This document shows positions 35,089-43,596 of a stretch of DNA of 64,000 nucleotides, one piece after another; the first letter of the stretch is position 1, and every line of letters starts with the position of its first letter. Both the position numbers and the translations under genes were made by a program. The notes under the pieces were generated by a model. That model was not told where the DNA came from. It did no database searches and was given only the letters and a program-made list of their open reading frames with translations. The DNA lies in the IMG/VR virus record IMGVR_UViG_3300032296_003307, positions 1 through 64,000 of that record; one strand, 5' to 3'.

Positions 35089-36003
35089 ATGAAACAAACA
35101 CCAAGTCAGTTACCTATTCAAAGTTATGTAATGAACTTTCCTTTCACCTTATCAACCTCAGATCCAAACAATATTTGGATGCAGGAATTAACAGATGAGG
35201 AATTATCAATTAATAAACCTAAAGCCTATAAACAATTTATGGACCTGTACAATTTTATGGCAGGAGGTTCTTTAGTTTATTTATTGCCTTCAGAAGGTAA
35301 TTTTCAAGACCAGGTTTATGTAGCTAATTTAGGTATTCAATTACCCCATATTAAAAACGAAAACCACATTATTTTATCAAACTTTTCTTCTGACCCTCGT
35401 AAAGGTGAAGAATTGGTTGGTGAAAAATTCTTTCAACAAATGGGTTACAAAACAGCAATTTGTCCTTACAAATGGGAAGGTGAAGCCGATTTAAAATATC
35501 TTTATGGCAACAAATACATTGGTGGTTATGGTATCCGTTCTAACATCAAATCTTATGAATGGATGGAAGAACAATACAATATGGACATCATTAAGGTGGC
35601 TATGGTTGATGAATATCTTTACCATTTAGACTGTTCTATATTTGCTCTAAACGCAGACCAAACATTGGTATGTACAGAATTATTTGACCCTGAAGAACTC
35701 GCGTTAATAGAAAAAGAAACAGAAATTATTGATATTGATGTTGATGATGCTTTGTGTGGATTAACCAATTCAGTCAAATATGGAAACATGATTTTATGTG
35801 CCTCCAACATTTCAGAATTGAAAAAATCACATGAATATTATGAAGGTGAAAAACACAAATTAGAAACATTAGAAAAGATTTGTGGTGATGCTGGTATGGA
35901 ACCTGTTATCTTCAACCTATCAGAATATATGAAATCAGGTGCTATGTTGTCTTGTATGGTAATGCATTTGAATAGAGTAGACCATAACAAAGTATTACTA
36001 TAA
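35089..36003 (+). CDS. Amidinotransferase/arginine-deiminase (pentein) superfamily enzyme
   Basis: DQVYVANLG, WEGEADL, YHLDC, C-terminal GAMLSCMVMH catalytic Cys. ATG 35089 follows ATATTTATA. Confidence 0.85.
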   Translation: MKQTPSQLPIQSYVMNFPFTLSTSDPNNIWMQELTDEELSINKPKAYKQFMDLYNFMAGGSLVYLLPSEGNFQDQVYVANLGIQLPHIKNENHIILSNFSSDPRKGEELVGEKFFQQMGYKTAICPYKWEGEADLKYLYGNKYIGGYGIRSNIKSYEWMEEQYNMDIIKVAMVDEYLYHLDCSIFALNADQTLVCTELFDPEELALIEKETEIIDIDVDDALCGLTNSVKYGNMILCASNISELKKSHEYYEGEKHKLETLEKICGDAGMEPVIFNLSEYMKSGAMLSCMVMHLNRVDHNKVLL

Positions 36004-36743
36004 TGGCACAGACTTTACAAGAATGGTTAAGCACTGAAGTTAAACAACTTCAAAAGATGCCGGTAGGTGATCTATCTAATACTTTCTTTTTTAGAGATCC
36101 TATCCGCCCAAATTTTATAGACCATGAGCACTTTTATAGTCCTGCTGATGGTACTATATTATATCAGAAATTTATCAAAGATCCTACTGAACCAGTAGTT
36201 GAAATTAAGGGAATAAATTATACATTACAAGATGTCGTAGGCGATGATGAATACAATACCCCCTCATTAGTCATCGGTATATTCATGTCGTTCTACGATG
36301 TTCATATAAATCGTATACCTTATGGAGGTATTTTAAAATATAAACCACTAGACGCGATACAATCAACTAACAAACCTATGTTGGCTGTAGAAAAGGATAT
36401 CTTAAATAAAAAGATTAATCCTGCCAATATGGAGTACTTAAAATACAATGAAAGAATGTGGAACCAAATCTATGTTCCTTCATTGGATTACAAATATTAT
36501 TTAATCCAAATTGCAGATGAGGATGTAAACGTGATTGCTCCTTTTACTATGGATCAAAATGATATTTTTGCACAAAATGAAAGATTTTCTTTAATTAGAT
36601 GGGGTTCACAAGTTGATCTTGTATTACCTTTAGATAATAGATTTGACTTCGAGTTATGTTTAGAGGATGCTATGCATGTGAATGCTGGCCTAGACAAGTT
36701 AGTAAAAATCAATTTTAAAGATTATGACAACCATAAGTCATGA
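36003..36743 (+). CDS. psd: Phosphatidylserine decarboxylase-like pyruvoyl enzyme
   Basis: FFRDP.R, YSPADG, IFMSFYDVHINRIP, WGSQVDL self-cleavage (GS) motif. Confidence 0.85.
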   Translation: MAQTLQEWLSTEVKQLQKMPVGDLSNTFFFRDPIRPNFIDHEHFYSPADGTILYQKFIKDPTEPVVEIKGINYTLQDVVGDDEYNTPSLVIGIFMSFYDVHINRIPYGGILKYKPLDAIQSTNKPMLAVEKDILNKKINPANMEYLKYNERMWNQIYVPSLDYKYYLIQIADEDVNVIAPFTMDQNDIFAQNERFSLIRWGSQVDLVLPLDNRFDFELCLEDAMHVNAGLDKLVKINFKDYDNHKS

Positions 36744-37449
36744 AGATGAAATCTTCAAAGAAAAAAGAAAACCAAAAAATCCTATTAAGTTTAAAATCCA
36801 ATTAAACGAGGAACAAAAAGAAGCCAAAGCTAAAATCCTAGAAAACACTATAACATTGTTAGCTGGAGCAGCAGGTTCAGGAAAAACAATGTTAGCTTGT
36901 CAAATTGCTTTAGAAAAACTCTTTATGAGAGATGTTGATAAAGTAATTATTACTCGACCAACAGTATCAAAAGAAGATATTGGATTTCTACCAGGTGATT
37001 TAAGAGAAAAAATGGATCCTTGGGTACAACCTATTTATCAAAACATGTTTTTACTTTATGATAAAGATAAAATAGAAAAGTGTATAAATGAGGGTCAAAT
37101 TGAAATTGTACCTGTTTCATTTATGAGAGGTAGAACATTTGTAAATTCTGTAGTAATTGTGGATGAGGCACAAAACGTTACACATGAACAAATGGAAATG
37201 ATTGTTACTCGTATTGGTAAAGGATCTAAAATGGTTATTTGTGGTGATGATGCTCAAGTAGATTTAAAACAAAAGAGAGATTCAGGATTTAAATTTTTAT
37301 ATGCGGCAGCCAAAAAAATTAAAAACTTGTGTGCTATATCTTTAAAACAAAACCACCGAGATCCTATTGTAGAAGACTTGATTAATTTGTACAATGATGC
37401 CTACGAACAAGGCTTTAGTTTAAACACAAACGGAACTTCTAAAAAATAG
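36724..37449 (+). CDS. phoH: PhoH-family ATPase
   Basis: GAAGSGKT, ITRP, GFLPGD, FMRGRT, VDEAQN, CGDDAQVD. Confidence 0.95.
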   Translation: MTTISHEDEIFKEKRKPKNPIKFKIQLNEEQKEAKAKILENTITLLAGAAGSGKTMLACQIALEKLFMRDVDKVIITRPTVSKEDIGFLPGDLREKMDPWVQPIYQNMFLLYDKDKIEKCINEGQIEIVPVSFMRGRTFVNSVVIVDEAQNVTHEQMEMIVTRIGKGSKMVICGDDAQVDLKQKRDSGFKFLYAAAKKIKNLCAISLKQNHRDPIVEDLINLYNDAYEQGFSLNTNGTSKK

Positions 37450-37488
37450 GACGAAGCCATAGCTTTTTAATATTTATACCCAAAAAGC

Positions 37489-37911
37489 ATGGCAACTTTT
37501 ACTTCACAAATAATTGAATCCTTAACTTTAAATGGAGACAAAATAAATGCCTCTGTTGTTAATATAATTAATAATATAAATTATGTTGACAATAGAGTTT
37601 TAAACGCTCCTTCAGGATCAGTAACAACATTATTTTCATTTGATTCTTTACCTGGTGCTGGTACTTTTGTAACAAGCAGTGTTCAATACATTAGAGTAAC
37701 AAATAATTCAACTGCTGTTCCTGTTAAATTGATTGTTTCCTCTTCAGTAGAGGCAATGAGTTATTTAATTGCTACTGGTAGTTCTTATATGTTATCTACT
37801 ACTAAAGTAACAGGAAGTACTTCAGGATTTAATTTTAATGACATCAAATCAGTTAAAGTAGAACCATCAGGAAGTTCTGCTTCAATTGAATATTACATAG
37901 CAACAAATTAA
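37489..37911 (+). CDS. Virion structural protein (hypothetical)
   Basis: Beta-rich; preceded by ATATTTATA. Confidence 0.6.
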   Translation: MATFTSQIIESLTLNGDKINASVVNIINNINYVDNRVLNAPSGSVTTLFSFDSLPGAGTFVTSSVQYIRVTNNSTAVPVKLIVSSSVEAMSYLIATGSSYMLSTTKVTGSTSGFNFNDIKSVKVEPSGSSASIEYYIATN

Positions 37912-37917
37912 TAAATT

Positions 37918-39150
37918 ATGGCATCAACAGTAATTCCAATTTGGCCTGGCTCCTCATCATTTGCTCAAGTATATAATAATTATTACTTGACAGGGAGTTG
38001 GCCTCCTCCTACTCCATTTGGGTTTTATGATAATGACCCCCAATTCCAATCTGATGCTAATAAAGTAGCTAACTTTTGTGCTTTACGTTTAGGTTATCCT
38101 ATTGAAAACGTAGAATTACAAGATATTAACTTTTGGGCTGGATTTGAAGAAGCAGTAACAGTTTATGGAAATGAGGTTTATGCCTATCAATTAAGAGATA
38201 ATTACTTATCTTTAGAAGGTGCTTCATCTTTTATTGATGTAAATGATTCAATATTTACTCCCTCAATGGATGGTATTGTCAGATTATCTCAACAATATGG
38301 AGAGGAAGCAGGAGCAGGGGGTAATGTAACTTGGTATAAAGGAAGACTTGATTTAACACCAGGTCAACAAAGATATGATTTGTCTGCTTGGGCTTTAGAA
38401 CAAGGTATTTCCGGTGGAATTGAAATTAAAAATGTTTGGTATCAACCACCACCTGCAATCAATCAATTATATTCTCCATTTTTAGGAACTGGTCCTGGTG
38501 GTTTAGGAGGTGTTCCTGCCGCTGGTATATATGGTTTAGGATATGGTTATACAAACTATCTTATGATGCCTACCAGCTTTACTATGCAAAACATTCAAGC
38601 AATTGAAATGCAAAACACAGTAACTCTTTCAAATTATACCTTCAATGTTATAAACAATGTTTTAACAGTATTTCCTATTCCAGGTACTGGATTAGCAGGA
38701 GGAGAATTTGATGGGGGTGATGCTTTATATTACGGCGAGTATCTAATTTTTGATTTCATAAAAATACAAGATAGAATTGATGCATCTTTTTCAGATGGAA
38801 CAAATAAAATAACAAATACTTTTGATGTTCCTTATATAAATCCAATTTATTCTAAAATAAATTCTGTAGGTAGAAGCTGGATTTTTGAATATGCTTTAGC
38901 AAAAGCAAAAGAGGTACTAGGTTTAGTAAGAAATAAATACTCACAAATCCCAGTACCAGGAGCCGAAGTTACCTTAAATGGTGATAGTTTAATCACTCAA
39001 GCTACTGCTGAAAAAGAAGCATTAATTGTAAGATTAAGAGAATATTTAGATTCAACATCACGTCAAGCATTGCTTGAAAGAAGAGCCGCAGAAAGTACAG
39101 CTCGACAAACCGAACTTTTACAAGTACCAATGACAATTTTTATAGGATAA
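37918..39150 (+). CDS. Neck/head-completion protein (gp13-like)
   Basis: LRLGYPIENVEL, WIFEYALAKAKEVLGLVRNKY, VPGAEVTLNG; position after the capsid gene. Confidence 0.75.
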   Translation: MASTVIPIWPGSSSFAQVYNNYYLTGSWPPPTPFGFYDNDPQFQSDANKVANFCALRLGYPIENVELQDINFWAGFEEAVTVYGNEVYAYQLRDNYLSLEGASSFIDVNDSIFTPSMDGIVRLSQQYGEEAGAGGNVTWYKGRLDLTPGQQRYDLSAWALEQGISGGIEIKNVWYQPPPAINQLYSPFLGTGPGGLGGVPAAGIYGLGYGYTNYLMMPTSFTMQNIQAIEMQNTVTLSNYTFNVINNVLTVFPIPGTGLAGGEFDGGDALYYGEYLIFDFIKIQDRIDASFSDGTNKITNTFDVPYINPIYSKINSVGRSWIFEYALAKAKEVLGLVRNKYSQIPVPGAEVTLNGDSLITQATAEKEALIVRLREYLDSTSRQALLERRAAESTARQTELLQVPMTIFIG

Positions 39151-39151
39151 T

Positions 39152-39673
39152 ATGGCACTATACGGACAAATGAGAGATATTAGTATGTTTCGATTCATTA
39201 ATCGTGAATTGATACAGAAAATTATTTCTCAACAAGTAGCCTTTTACAAATATAATACCACATCCACCAAAGTAAACATGTATGGAGAAGCATCCGAAGG
39301 TAGAAACTTTGCTGATCCTGTTTTACTATTTGGATTAATTGAAACAAGTCAATTTGAATATCCTGTAAGTGATTTTGGTCCTGATTTTAGATGGCAAGTA
39401 ACTTACAAATTTTTAAAAGATGATTTAGTTGATGCTAATGTTTATCCTGATGTAGGAGATGTAATTTATTTCCAAAATGGTTATTGGGAAATAGATAATG
39501 TAAGTACTGCTCAATTCTTTATGGGTAAAGATCCTGAATATCCTTATTTGGATGCTGCTGGAAACAATCCTTATGAAGAAGACTTAGGACAATTTGGTTA
39601 CAGTGTTTCAGTAATTTGTAATGCCCATTACGTCCCTTCAGACAGATTAAATATTCAATTATCAAGATTATAA
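39152..39673 (+). CDS. Neck/head-closure protein (gp14-like)
   Basis: N.YGEA, PDVGDVIYF..YWEI; follows the gp13-like gene. Confidence 0.65.
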   Translation: MALYGQMRDISMFRFINRELIQKIISQQVAFYKYNTTSTKVNMYGEASEGRNFADPVLLFGLIETSQFEYPVSDFGPDFRWQVTYKFLKDDLVDANVYPDVGDVIYFQNGYWEIDNVSTAQFFMGKDPEYPYLDAAGNNPYEEDLGQFGYSVSVICNAHYVPSDRLNIQLSRL

Positions 39674-40665
39674 TGCCTAATAATAGAAAACCAATACCAA
39701 AAACCCAACAACAGCTGTCTAAAGAACAGCATACACCTTATTATCCACAGGCAGGTAATCCTAATGATTTTATAGAAACTCCTCAAACCAATAGAGCATT
39801 AAATACCTCTTTTAAAGGAGATACTACAAAACCATTTTCGATTGGTATTCAAGATATTGATGAATCGGTTTTTTATTATTTTCAAAATGTAATTAAACCA
39901 ACTGTAATACAAAATGGCTCTCGTTTGCCTGTTCCTGTAATCTATGGTTCTCCTGAAAAATGGAAATCATTTCAAAAGGATGGTTATTACAGAGACCAAA
40001 AAGGTAAAATCATGGCTCCTTTAATTATGTTTAAAAGAACAGACATAACCAAAAACAGAGCCATTGCAAATAAATTAGATGCAAATTACCCTAATCTATT
40101 CCAGGTTTTTACTAAAAATTATAGTCCTAAAAATGCTTATGATAATTTTAAGGTATTAAACAATAGAGTTCCTCAAAAAGAATATTATGCTGTTGTTATG
40201 CCTGATTATTTGACTGTAACTTATGAGGTAGCAGTATTTACTTATTACGTAGAACAGTTAAATAAAATAGTTGAAGCAATGGAATATGCTTCAGATGCTT
40301 ATTGGGGTGATCCTCAACGTTATCAATTTAAAGCAATGATTGATTCATTTGGATTCCAAACCGAATTAGCACAAGATGATGAGAGAATTGTAAGAAGTAC
40401 ATTCAGTGTTAAATTAAATGGTTACATTATTCCTGATACAATACAGAAAGATGTTACTGCTCTGAAGAAATTCTCTAATAAAACTAAAACAGTATTTAGT
40501 CTTGAGGCCTCTAGTATAGATAATATTACTTTAGATTCAAGATTCATAGATACTAACAATAGAAATAGTACCACTTTTATTGATCCTTCACCCCCAGTAA
40601 CACCCCCTCCAGCAACAACTGATTCGGCTTTTTCTTCTGCCTTTAGTAGTGCTTTTAATGTTTAA
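39673..40665 (+). CDS. Tail terminator/sheath stabiliser (gp15-like)
   Basis: RLPVPVIYGSPEKW, PDYLTVTYE, QLNKIVE. Confidence 0.7.
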   Translation: MPNNRKPIPKTQQQLSKEQHTPYYPQAGNPNDFIETPQTNRALNTSFKGDTTKPFSIGIQDIDESVFYYFQNVIKPTVIQNGSRLPVPVIYGSPEKWKSFQKDGYYRDQKGKIMAPLIMFKRTDITKNRAIANKLDANYPNLFQVFTKNYSPKNAYDNFKVLNNRVPQKEYYAVVMPDYLTVTYEVAVFTYYVEQLNKIVEAMEYASDAYWGDPQRYQFKAMIDSFGFQTELAQDDERIVRSTFSVKLNGYIIPDTIQKDVTALKKFSNKTKTVFSLEASSIDNITLDSRFIDTNNRNSTTFIDPSPPVTPPPATTDSAFSSAFSSAFNV

Positions 40666-40680
40666 AAATATTAGTTTTTA

Positions 40681-41016
40681 ATGGCTATATTAAATAATTC
40701 AAATGGTTTAACCTTTTTAAAAGTTTATAGTGGAAGTGTTCTACTAACCACTTACCTAAATGAATTAGTTATAACAGGTTCTGGAGCTGGAGTTTCAATA
40801 GGAAATTTTAACAACCTAACATTAGATATTTCAGGAGGAGGTGGAGGAGGATCAGTTAATACAGGTTCATTATTAACTACTGCCTCTTTTTCAAATCCTA
40901 ATCTAATATTCACTAAAGGAAACGGAAGTACTTTTCCAGTAAATTTATCTACTTTAACAGTTACAAGTGCTTCTTATGCTTTGACTGCTTCATACATTGA
41001 TGGAGGTACATTCTAA
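40681..41016 (+). CDS. Short fibre/decoration-like protein
   Basis: Ends ASYALTASYIDGGTF like 42034..43584. Confidence 0.6.
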   Translation: MAILNNSNGLTFLKVYSGSVLLTTYLNELVITGSGAGVSIGNFNNLTLDISGGGGGGSVNTGSLLTTASFSNPNLIFTKGNGSTFPVNLSTLTVTSASYALTASYIDGGTF

Positions 41017-41040
41017 ACGGTTTATTACCTTATATAATAA

Positions 41041-41472
41041 ATGGGAGAAATTACCCCGGTAAATATCAACATAAACAATCCTCTTGGTGTTATAACGCAA
41101 GTAGAACTAGTTAACTGGAATGAAGCTGATGTTACCTGGGACCAATATTTTGGAGACAATGCTTATGCTTCTTATCTTTATGAGGCATTTGATTTAGAAA
41201 TTCCTCCTCCATTTGCGGTACTTTGGAATCATGCCGTAATACTTACTGTTGCTTTTCCTTCCGGTTACGATTATCAAGATCAACAAACAGGTCGTAAAAA
41301 GCGAAAGAAAAAGATAAAGATAATATTTATGATAGATGATTTGACTAAGGTCATTGAAAAGGATAAAAACCTTGAGGTTAAAGCCGAATTCAAAGACAAA
41401 GTTGAAAACATCCTAACAGAAAAAATAGGACAAAAAGTAGTATTAGAAAATGTTCAAATTATACACAGATAA
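41041..41472 (+). CDS. Hypothetical protein
   Basis: 143-aa ORF in the structural operon. Confidence 0.55.
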   Translation: MGEITPVNININNPLGVITQVELVNWNEADVTWDQYFGDNAYASYLYEAFDLEIPPPFAVLWNHAVILTVAFPSGYDYQDQQTGRKKRKKKIKIIFMIDDLTKVIEKDKNLEVKAEFKDKVENILTEKIGQKVVLENVQIIHR

Positions 41473-42022
41473 AATCAACACCTTCAAATGCAAAGTAGTT
41501 TTAGAAGGTGCTTCAGAATCCTCGGCTTTAGCTCGTTTAGTAGTTGAAGGAGAAAACCACAATTTAATGTTTGATGGTAAAATCAAGGATGGAATTTGTG
41601 AGGTAAACATTGGTAAATTTAAAAACTTTGATAATTTCAAAGGCAAAGGTATCATGAAATTAGAGGTTGTGGCAGATGATGTTTATTTTACTCCCTGGAG
41701 ATCAGATTACATGATAGAACAATCCAAAAATGTGTTTGTTGAAATGATAGATGAAAAAACCTCTTCAAAACCACTTGTAGAAGTAACAGAGGTTTCTTAT
41801 ATTGATTACGATACTAAAAAAGTTAATTCTGATACCAACGGAGAAAAGATATATAAAAAGCTAGTTAAAGAAAACATTGATTTTACAAAATATCCCTCAT
41901 TGGATGTTATGTTAAAAACAAATAAAACAGCAAAAAATATCGTTAAAAACCACATTTTAGAAAACCAAATCTCAGGAAAAGTATTAGAATCAACTTTAGA
42001 ATATCTTGTAGATAAATTTTAA
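41450..42022 (+). CDS. Hypothetical protein
   Basis: 190-aa ORF overlapping the upstream gene end. Confidence 0.6.
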   Translation: MFKLYTDKINTFKCKVVLEGASESSALARLVVEGENHNLMFDGKIKDGICEVNIGKFKNFDNFKGKGIMKLEVVADDVYFTPWRSDYMIEQSKNVFVEMIDEKTSSKPLVEVTEVSYIDYDTKKVNSDTNGEKIYKKLVKENIDFTKYPSLDVMLKTNKTAKNIVKNHILENQISGKVLESTLEYLVDKF

Positions 42023-42033
42023 GTTGAAAACTA

Positions 42034-43584
42034 ATGCCATTCAATTCAGGGTCAATAACTGATTTTACTAATACAGCCATAAGTAATACCTACCAAAGGG
42101 TAGTTCAAACTGATGGTACATTATTGGCCGATGGTACAGGCAGTATTTTAGATAATTTAAATCTTCCTAATTTAAGCATCAGTGGTAACTTGTATGTAAG
42201 TGGTACTTTATATGCAGAAAACACAGTAACAGTTACCCAATCTTATTATTCAGGTTCTCAAATATTTGGTGACCAATTAACAGATACTCATAGATTTACA
42301 GGTTCTATTTTATCAACAGGATCAAATGTTTTTAATGGAGTAAACACCTTTACAGGGTCAGTAAATATAACAGGATCCCTAAACATAAATGGAGTTGATT
42401 ATAATCAAACTAGTGCCTCTTTTGATACTAGAATCCTAAATAACAGCTCTAGTATAGCTTTATTAAGTGGAAGCTTCGAATCATTTAGTGGTTCATACCT
42501 AATAGATAGTGCTTCTTTTAGTTCTAGTATTGCTTTCTTAAGTAGTAGTTATTTGTTTTCTAGTGCATCTTTTGACACAAGAATTTTAAACAACAGTTCT
42601 AGCATTGCTTTATTAAGTGGAAGCTTCGAATCATTTAGTGGTTCTTATTTATTAGATAGTGCCTCATTTGACACAAGAATTTTAAACAACAGTTCTAGCA
42701 TTGCTTTCCTAAGTGGTAGTTACCTATTCTCAAGTGCCTCTTTTGATACTAGAATCTTAAATAACAGCTCGAGCATAGCTTATTTATCATCTTCGTTTTT
42801 AACTTTTAGTGGTTCATACAATACAGGATCTTTTACAGGTAGTTTTACAGGTTCTTTATTTGGGACTTCTTCTTATGCACTGAATGCTTTAACAGCTTCA
42901 CATGCTCTAACAGCATCCTCTGCTGACTCATTTGTTGTAAGAAATTCATTTACAGCAAGTGGATTAAGATATCCAATAGCAGATAATGGTGAATTTTCTT
43001 TTATACAAACTGATGGTCTTGGTAATTTAAGTTTACAATATGTAAATACATTGTATGAGGTTATTGTTAATGGTGAAACAACAACCATTACAAAAGGAAC
43101 ACCAGTTTATGTATCAGGATCACAAGGTGCTAATTCAATAGTTTATAGAGCAGATGCAGGAAACCCTGCTAAAATGCCTGTAATCTATATTTCAGCCGAT
43201 AATATAGCAGCAGGAGATACAGGCAGAGGTGTTGTTTTAGGTTTAATCACCGGAGTTAATACAACAGGATATCCAGCAGGAACAGAAATATTTGTAGCCG
43301 TAGGAGGAGGTTATACAGCAACAAGACCAACAGGATCAGCAATAGTTCAGGTACTAGGAATTGTAACCAAAGAAGGAAATGGAGGACAAGGAGTAGTATT
43401 AAACCCCGGTCCTGCAAACTTACCAAATTTACCTTCAGGATCGGTTTGGGTTGGAAATAGTGGAAGTTTTCCTACAGCAGTATTAACTTCTTCTTTAAGT
43501 GTCGCTAGTGCTTCTTTTGCAATAAGTGCATCTTATGCTTTAACTGCATCTTATGTTCCAATAATAGATGGAGGAACTTTTTAA
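42034..43584 (+). CDS. Tail fibre/virion fibre protein with internal repeats
   Basis: TGS/SGS-rich, coiled-coil repeats, C-terminal GTPVY...GVVLG...GTEIFV capsid-fibre-like domain. Confidence 0.7.
   Translation: MPFNSGSITDFTNTAISNTYQRVVQTDGTLLADGTGSILDNLNLPNLSISGNLYVSGTLYAENTVTVTQSYYSGSQIFGDQLTDTHRFTGSILSTGSNVFNGVNTFTGSVNITGSLNINGVDYNQTSASFDTRILNNSSSIALLSGSFESFSGSYLIDSASFSSSIAFLSSSYLFSSASFDTRILNNSSSIALLSGSFESFSGSYLLDSASFDTRILNNSSSIAFLSGSYLFSSASFDTRILNNSSSIAYLSSSFLTFSGSYNTGSFTGSFTGSLFGTSSYALNALTASHALTASSADSFVVRNSFTASGLRYPIADNGEFSFIQTDGLGNLSLQYVNTLYEVIVNGETTTITKGTPVYVSGSQGANSIVYRADAGNPAKMPVIYISADNIAAGDTGRGVVLGLITGVNTTGYPAGTEIFVAVGGGYTATRPTGSAIVQVLGIVTKEGNGGQGVVLNPGPANLPNLPSGSVWVGNSGSFPTAVLTSSLSVASASFAISASYALTASYVPIIDGGTF
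42412..42780. repeat. Four SASFDTRILNNSSSIA coding repeats
   Basis: Near-identical DNA copies AGTGCxTCxTTTGAxACxAGAATxxTAAAxAACAG. Confidence 0.9.
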
Positions 43585-43592
43585 TATTTATA
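43584..43592 (+). promoter_or_regulatory. ATATTTATA putative late promoter (tail fibre)
   Basis: Same motif, 4 nt before the ATG. Confidence 0.65.
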
Positions 43593-43596
43593 AACA

